This document shows positions 59,106-64,000 of a stretch of 64,000 bases of DNA, in pieces. Location: contig JAOUEW010000004.1 in assembly GCA_029858505.1 (NCBI GenBank), positions 2,520-66,519 of the forward strand. The letters run 5' to 3'. Each line of letters opens with the position of its first letter. The first letter of the stretch is position 1. The notes below the pieces were generated by a model that was not told where the DNA came from, did not search any database, and saw nothing but the letters and a program-made list of their open reading frames with translations. Position numbers and translations under genes: made by a program. The DNA is from Deltaproteobacteria bacterium (GTDB lineage: Bacteria; SAR324; JACQKK01).

Positions 59106-60098
59106 ATGACTGCTGAAACCAAGTCGTATCCTCCGGCCGCCCCCCGTTGGGCCGAGTTTCCCCGGCCCATTGTGTGCCTGGCCCCCATGGATGGCTACAC
59201 CGATTCTCCCTTTCGGCGGGTGGTGCGCCGGGTAAACCCAGGGGTGGTGCTGTTCAGCGAGTTTACCTCGGCGGAGGGATTTTTGCGCTCGGGCAAGGTC
59301 AAGCAGCGGTTGGCCTTTCAAGCCGATGAGCAGCCCTATTTCGTGCAGTTGTTTGGCAGCGACCCGGCGGCCTTTGCCGAAGCGGCCCGGGAACTGGAGC
59401 AGCAGGGGGTCACCGGCATCGACATCAACATGGGCTGCCCGGCGAAAAAAATCGTGGCCTCTCAGCATGGCAGCGGCCTGATGAAAGACGTGGCCGCCGC
59501 CGCCCGCATCGTGGAACGGGTGGCGGGGGCCTGCGCCCTTCAGGTTTCGGTCAAGACCCGCCTGGGCTGGTCCGATGCCTCGGGGCTGGTGCCCTTTGCC
59601 CGGGCCCTGACCTCCGCCGGGGCATCGCTGGTCACCATTCATGGGCGCACTTACAACCAGGCTTTCCATGGCCAAGCCGACTGGGAACCCATTTATCGGC
59701 TGAAAGAAGCCCTGCCCGTGCCGGTGATTGGCAATGGAGACGTGGCTTGCCATGCCGACGGCTTGGCCCGGCTGGGCAATCTGGACGGCTTCATGATCGG
59801 CCGGGCCGCCATTGGCAACCCCTGGGTGTTCGACCCCGCCTGGCGGGAAGAGAACCCCCCCAGTTGGGCCGCCAAAGCCCGGCTGATGGAGGCGCACTTT
59901 CAATGGATGCTGGAAGACCGGCCCCTGCGCCGGGCCGTGCCAGAATTCAGAAAGCATTTGGCGGGGTACCTGAAGGGCTTTCCCATGGCCCGCCGGGTGA
60001 AAACCGAGTTGCTGACCCTGACGGACCCCGACGATATTTTCCGCCGAATGGAGGGCTTGGCCCAATTGGACGGCCCGGCGGAACGGCTGGCGGGGTAA
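59106..60098 (+). CDS. tRNA-dihydrouridine synthase (DusB-like)
   Basis: LAPMDGYTD, QLFG, DINMGCP, TIHGRT, NGDV. Confidence 0.92.
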   Translation: MTAETKSYPPAAPRWAEFPRPIVCLAPMDGYTDSPFRRVVRRVNPGVVLFSEFTSAEGFLRSGKVKQRLAFQADEQPYFVQLFGSDPAAFAEAARELEQQGVTGIDINMGCPAKKIVASQHGSGLMKDVAAAARIVERVAGACALQVSVKTRLGWSDASGLVPFARALTSAGASLVTIHGRTYNQAFHGQADWEPIYRLKEALPVPVIGNGDVACHADGLARLGNLDGFMIGRAAIGNPWVFDPAWREENPPSWAAKARLMEAHFQWMLEDRPLRRAVPEFRKHLAGYLKGFPMARRVKTELLTLTDPDDIFRRMEGLAQLDGPAERLAG

Positions 60099-60100
60099 CC

Positions 60101-60823
60101 ATGGGCAAGCACCGCCGCCTGGCCCAGCTGGAGGACACCGCCCTGGCCATGGCCCAGGCCCTGGAACCCCTGGTGCTGCCCCGCCGCCTGGAAAAAATGC
60201 GGGCCGTGCTGGCCACCCGCAGCGACCACGTGGTGTTTGCCTTCGAAGCCATGGTGGACCCCCACAATCTTAGCGCCGCCCTGCGCAGCCTCGACGCCTT
60301 CTCTTTCCAAGACGTGTACCTGGTGCGCTATCAGGGCAAGACCGGCTTATCCAAGGGGGTAACCCGGGGGGCCGACAAATGGCTGTCGGTGCACGCCATG
60401 GAATCCACGGCGGAACTGGCCGTCCGGCTGAAGGAGCGGGGATACCGCCTGGCCGCCAGCCACCTGCGCCACGACGCGGTGGATTTGGAGCAGATGGATT
60501 TTTCTCAACCCACGGCGCTGCTGTTTGGCAACGAACACGCCGGGGTGGGGCCCGAAGCCCTGGCCCTGGCAGACCTGGTGTTCCGCATTCCCATGCGGGG
60601 GTTTGTGGAAAGCTTCAACCTGTCGGTGTCGGCGGCCCTGGCGGCCCAAACCGCCCGCCGAGAAATAGACCGGCTGGGGGCGGAAGACCAGGCCCCCTGG
60701 CGGCTGGACCCCCTGCGGCGAAACATGCTGTATGCCGCCTGGCTGCGGCGCCACGTGCGGCGGGGAGAGGAAATTCTAGCGAAGAAGGGCATAGACCACC
60801 GGCTGATTCCGCTGGACCCGTGA
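60101..60823 (+). CDS. trmH: SpoU/TrmH-family RNA methyltransferase
   Basis: DPHNLSAALRS, FGNEHAG, IPMRGFVESFNLSV. Confidence 0.85.
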   Translation: MGKHRRLAQLEDTALAMAQALEPLVLPRRLEKMRAVLATRSDHVVFAFEAMVDPHNLSAALRSLDAFSFQDVYLVRYQGKTGLSKGVTRGADKWLSVHAMESTAELAVRLKERGYRLAASHLRHDAVDLEQMDFSQPTALLFGNEHAGVGPEALALADLVFRIPMRGFVESFNLSVSAALAAQTARREIDRLGAEDQAPWRLDPLRRNMLYAAWLRRHVRRGEEILAKKGIDHRLIPLDP

Positions 60824-60877
60824 ACGGGCGGGGTGAAAATAATCTGAATTCGCCGAACACGAACGAGGAGAGAACGA

Positions 60878-61540
60878 ATGGAAGTGACGGACTTGCTTTT
60901 TCGATTGATTCTGCTGTTTCTGCCCGGCATCGTGGCGTTTATCCTGGTGGATAAACTGACTGTTCACAAAAAATTCGAATTGGATGAAAAAGTTTTATAT
61001 TCGCTCATCCTTGGTTTGTTCTCTTATCTGTTATACACGCTCGGCCTTATCGCGTTTCAATCTCTTGGCTGGGCAGACATTTCTCGCAACCCCTCGTTTT
61101 TCTCCGCGGTATCCAACACCAGTACGCCCATTGATTTTTGGGAAATCGCGGTTTGTATTCCGGTTTCTGTGGTCACCGGATTTTCGGTCTCCTATGCTAT
61201 CAGCCATCGTTGGGTTTTTCGGCTGGGGAAGTTTTTACGGGTTACCCAAAAACATGGGAGCCCCGGCGCGTTGGAATATCTCATCAACAGCAATGCCCAA
61301 TGGGTGGTGATTCGAGATGCGGAAAGAGATCTGATGTATTATGGCAAAATACTGCTGTGGTCTAACCCGGATGAGCGGGATGAAATTTGTTTAACGGAGG
61401 TAAAGGTTTATCGAAATTCCACTGGAAATTTTTTGTACGACACACCGACTTTGCTAGTCATGGCAGATTGGAGTAAACTAAGTTTTGAGTTCCCTGCAAT
61501 TACGAAGAACCTAAACGCAAAAAGGAACGGGAAAAAATGA
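60878..61540 (+). CDS. DUF6338-like membrane protein (low-GC islet)
   Basis: LLFLPG N-terminus, three TMs, C-terminal beta domain WVVIRD...YYG; AT-rich; GAGGAG RBS. Confidence 0.65.
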   Translation: MEVTDLLFRLILLFLPGIVAFILVDKLTVHKKFELDEKVLYSLILGLFSYLLYTLGLIAFQSLGWADISRNPSFFSAVSNTSTPIDFWEIAVCIPVSVVTGFSVSYAISHRWVFRLGKFLRVTQKHGSPGALEYLINSNAQWVVIRDAERDLMYYGKILLWSNPDERDEICLTEVKVYRNSTGNFLYDTPTLLVMADWSKLSFEFPAITKNLNAKRNGKK

Positions 61541-61749
61541 GAAAGACCAGCGAATCCCCAGTTGTCACCCAAGTAAGGAAGGGCACTAAAGCAACCTTTG
61601 GTAATGCCGCTGATGTTGGCTTCGTTGTTCTTCAAGAAGGAAATATCATCAAAGGAGGAGTGAATCCTCCCTCGAATACACCCCGCCCCAATTGGACGCC
61701 TTCAGGGCAGGGAATCCCTCAAACGGCCAACCCGCCCAAAGGAAAGTAA
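61537..61749 (+). CDS. Small Pro-rich peptide coupled to the upstream membrane protein
   Basis: ATGA overlap; KGGVNPPSNTPRP...PPKGK. Confidence 0.55.
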   Translation: MRKTSESPVVTQVRKGTKATFGNAADVGFVVLQEGNIIKGGVNPPSNTPRPNWTPSGQGIPQTANPPKGK

Positions 61750-61823
61750 ACACATTCGTTTTTCTCTCTCTTTCACGGCAGAAAGGTGTCCTTCCGCCGC
61801 GCATTCACTCGAATATCCAATCC

Positions 61824-63206
61824 ATGAAAATCATCGTTCAGAAATTTGGCGGGACCAGCGTGGGCAGCGGCGAGCGCCTGCGTAACGTGGCAGGCATCAT
61901 TCAAGCCACCCTGAAAACCCACCCGGTCATTGCCGTGGTAAGCGCCATGAGCGGCACCGTGAAGGCCGAGGGCACCACCAGCCAGATCATCCTGGCCAGC
62001 GAGCAGGCCCTGGCGGGCGCCAGCTACCAAGAGCCGTTGGAGAACATCCGCCGCACCCACGTGAAGGCCATTGGCGAAGCGGTGCAGGGGAAGGCCGCCA
62101 GCCAAGAACTGGCCGAGGCGGTGGAACAAGAACTGACCCGGCTGGAACTGGTGCTGGGGGCGGTGAAGACCCTGGGAGAAATTTCTCCCCGCTCGTTAGA
62201 TATGCTGCTTTCTGGCGGAGAGCGCCTGAGCGCCCGCCTGCTGGCCGGCACCCTGGCCGACATGGGCACCGAAGCGGTGTACATGGATTTATCCGAAGTG
62301 GTGGCGCCGGAGGAAAAAGAGGTGAACCCCGGCTTCTTTTTGCGAATGCAGCACCTGATGGCCGAGTACTGCCGCCCCATGGGGGGCAAGGTTCCGGTGG
62401 TCACCGGGTTTTTTGGGCTGGTGCCGGGGGGCATTCTCAAAGCCGTGGGGCGGGGCTATACCGACTTCACCACGGCGCTCATTTCCGCCGGGCTGGGTCG
62501 CCAAGCCGTGGAAGAAATGCAGGTGTGGAAGGAGGTGGACGGCATTTTTACCGCCGACCCCCGCAAGGTGCCCACGGCCAGGGTGCTGGCCGCCATTTCT
62601 CCCAACGAGGCCGCCGAGCTCACCTACTTCGGCAGCGAGGTGCTGCACCCCTTTACCATGGAGCGGGTGGTGTCGGCGGAAATTCCCATCCGCATCAAAA
62701 ACACGTTCTCGCCCCAAGGGCCTGGCACCATTATTTTGCCCAAGCATGAAGACAAAACCCAACGGGTCACGGCGGTTACCGCCAAGCGCAGCATTACCAT
62801 CGTCACCATTCACTCCAACCGCATGTTCAACGCCTACGGCTTTCTGGCCCGGGTGTTCAACACCCTGGACCGCCACGGGGTTATCGTGGACCTGGTGAGC
62901 ACCAGCGAGGTCAGCGTGTCGTTCTCGGTGGAGCGGGCCGACTCGGTGGAGGCCACCGCCAAGGACCTGAAAGAGTTTGGCGACGTGAAGGTGGAACGGG
63001 GCCGGGCCATTCTCTCCATGGTGGGGGAAGGCATGAAGTTCTCGGTGGGCACCGCCGGGCAAATGTTCTCCACCCTGGCCGCCGCTGGCATCAACATCGA
63101 GATGATTTCCCAGGGCGCTTCCGAGATCAACATCTCTTGCGTCATCAAAGAAGATGACGTGCCCAAGGGGCTCACCGCCCTGCACAAGGCGTTTTTAGAG
63201 GGGTGA
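61824..63206 (+). CDS. lysC: Aspartate kinase (fungal Hom3-like type)
   Basis: VQKFGGTSVG, GERLS, DGIFTADPR, two ACT domains (ISQGASEINIS). Confidence 0.93.
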   Translation: MKIIVQKFGGTSVGSGERLRNVAGIIQATLKTHPVIAVVSAMSGTVKAEGTTSQIILASEQALAGASYQEPLENIRRTHVKAIGEAVQGKAASQELAEAVEQELTRLELVLGAVKTLGEISPRSLDMLLSGGERLSARLLAGTLADMGTEAVYMDLSEVVAPEEKEVNPGFFLRMQHLMAEYCRPMGGKVPVVTGFFGLVPGGILKAVGRGYTDFTTALISAGLGRQAVEEMQVWKEVDGIFTADPRKVPTARVLAAISPNEAAELTYFGSEVLHPFTMERVVSAEIPIRIKNTFSPQGPGTIILPKHEDKTQRVTAVTAKRSITIVTIHSNRMFNAYGFLARVFNTLDRHGVIVDLVSTSEVSVSFSVERADSVEATAKDLKEFGDVKVERGRAILSMVGEGMKFSVGTAGQMFSTLAAAGINIEMISQGASEINISCVIKEDDVPKGLTALHKAFLEG

Positions 63207-63209
63207 AGT

Positions 63210-63310
63210 GGAGGGGGGGGAATGGCTCGCACCCGACAAGTTAGGCTCTTGTTGCCGTTCAGTTGATATATTCCGAACGGGAGAATAGAACGAACCGGTG
63301 GCGTCGAGTC
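63210..63310 (-). repeat. Dispersed repeat locus 8: degenerate module A (63225-63309)
   Basis: GCTCGCACCC...CCGTTCAG-N10-CCGAACGG...GGCGTCGAGT, 85 bp. Confidence 0.75.
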
Positions 63311-63357
63311 ATGGGGAATGGATTTCAGAGTATGGGATTTTCCGTTAACCTGAGGTC

Positions 63358-64000
63358 ATGAGCCCCGTTAAACAATCCAAGCCGAAATCCGGCCCCTCGC
63401 CATCTTCTGGCAAAACCCGTTCCCCATCGGTGTTGCCCCCGGCATTGCCCGCCCCCAGGGCGGCCCGGCTGATGGACAAGCTGGCCCAGGCCTACCCCGG
63501 CGCCCAAACGGAGCTGCACTATTCCACTCCCTTCGAGCTGCTGGCGGCGGTGATGCTTTCGGCCCAGGCCACCGACAAAAGCGTGAACCTAGCCACCGCC
63601 AAGCTGTTTCCCATCACCCCCCAGGGCATCGTGACCCTGGGAGAAGCCCGCCTGTTGGAGAAGATCAAGACCATCGGCCTGGCCCCCACCAAGGCCAAGA
63701 ACCTGACCGCCGCCTGCCGCCTGTTGTTGGAGCGCCACGGGGGGGAGGTGCCTTCCACCCGGGAGGAACTGGAGGCCCTGCCGGGGGTGGGGCGCAAGAC
63801 CGCCAACGTGGTGCTGAACACGGCCTTTGGCCAGCCCACCCTGGCGGTGGATACCCACGTGTTTCGGCTGGCCAACCGCACCTCTCTGGCGCCGGGAAAG
63901 AACACCCGCCAAGTGGAAGACGGGCTGATGGCCGCCGTGCCCCCCCGGCATTTGGCCAGGGCCCACCACTATCTTATTTTGCATGGGCGCTACGTGTGCA
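63358..64000 (+). CDS. nth: Endonuclease III (truncated by the window end)
   Basis: Translated by hand from ATG 63358: TELHYSTPFELL..LSAQATD, LPGVGRKTANVV, AVDTHVFR, LILHGRYVC. Confidence 0.93.
   Translation, partial: MSPVKQSKPKSGPSPSSGKTRSPSVLPPALPAPRAARLMDKLAQAYPGAQTELHYSTPFELLAAVMLSAQATDKSVNLATAKLFPITPQGIVTLGEARLLEKIKTIGLAPTKAKNLTAACRLLLERHGGEVPSTREELEALPGVGRKTANVVLNTAFGQPTLAVDTHVFRLANRTSLAPGKNTRQVEDGLMAAVPPRHLARAHHYLILHGRYVC

Noticed and set aside
57654-60065. 803-aa extended RodA; likewise the 544-aa extended thioredoxin (25066-26700)
   Set aside because: The extensions are stop-free antisense shadows of dus and murD, as expected at high GC.

Overview
GC-rich (roughly 60-65%) core-chromosome segment of a Gram-negative bacterium. 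A delta-proteobacterial/SAR324-like affinity is my impression only. It carries about 57 mostly housekeeping genes, including sthA, tilS, lysS, pyrB, rpmB, rpoD, moaDE, murD, trxA, truA, nadK, AICARFT-only purH, ubiE, a FATP-type acyl-CoA ligase, oppDF, thrS, a GldAFG-like ABC system, glyA, gyrA, parB, clpB, rodA, dus, trmH, aspartate kinase and a partial nth. I found no tRNA, rRNA, CRISPR array, integrase or transposase. The main unexplained structure is a modular family of non-coding repeats at 8 intergenic loci. Module A is a ~85-bp hairpin with 10-bp terminal inverted repeats RCTCGAAKCC...GGMTTCGAGY (13 full or partial copies). It is combined with BoxC/REP-like GC-rich palindromes (module B), often as B>A<B, and always lies downstream of a gene 3' end. 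Other notable points: eukaryote-type enzymes (fungal Hom3-like aspartate kinase, plant-like PyrB), a cNMP-pentapeptide fusion, a likely pseudokinase, a low-GC membrane-protein/Pro-rich-peptide islet, a small-protein transcription unit with a structured leader, and widespread break-up of normally conserved operons. All family assignments come from motif recognition by eye; no database search was run.
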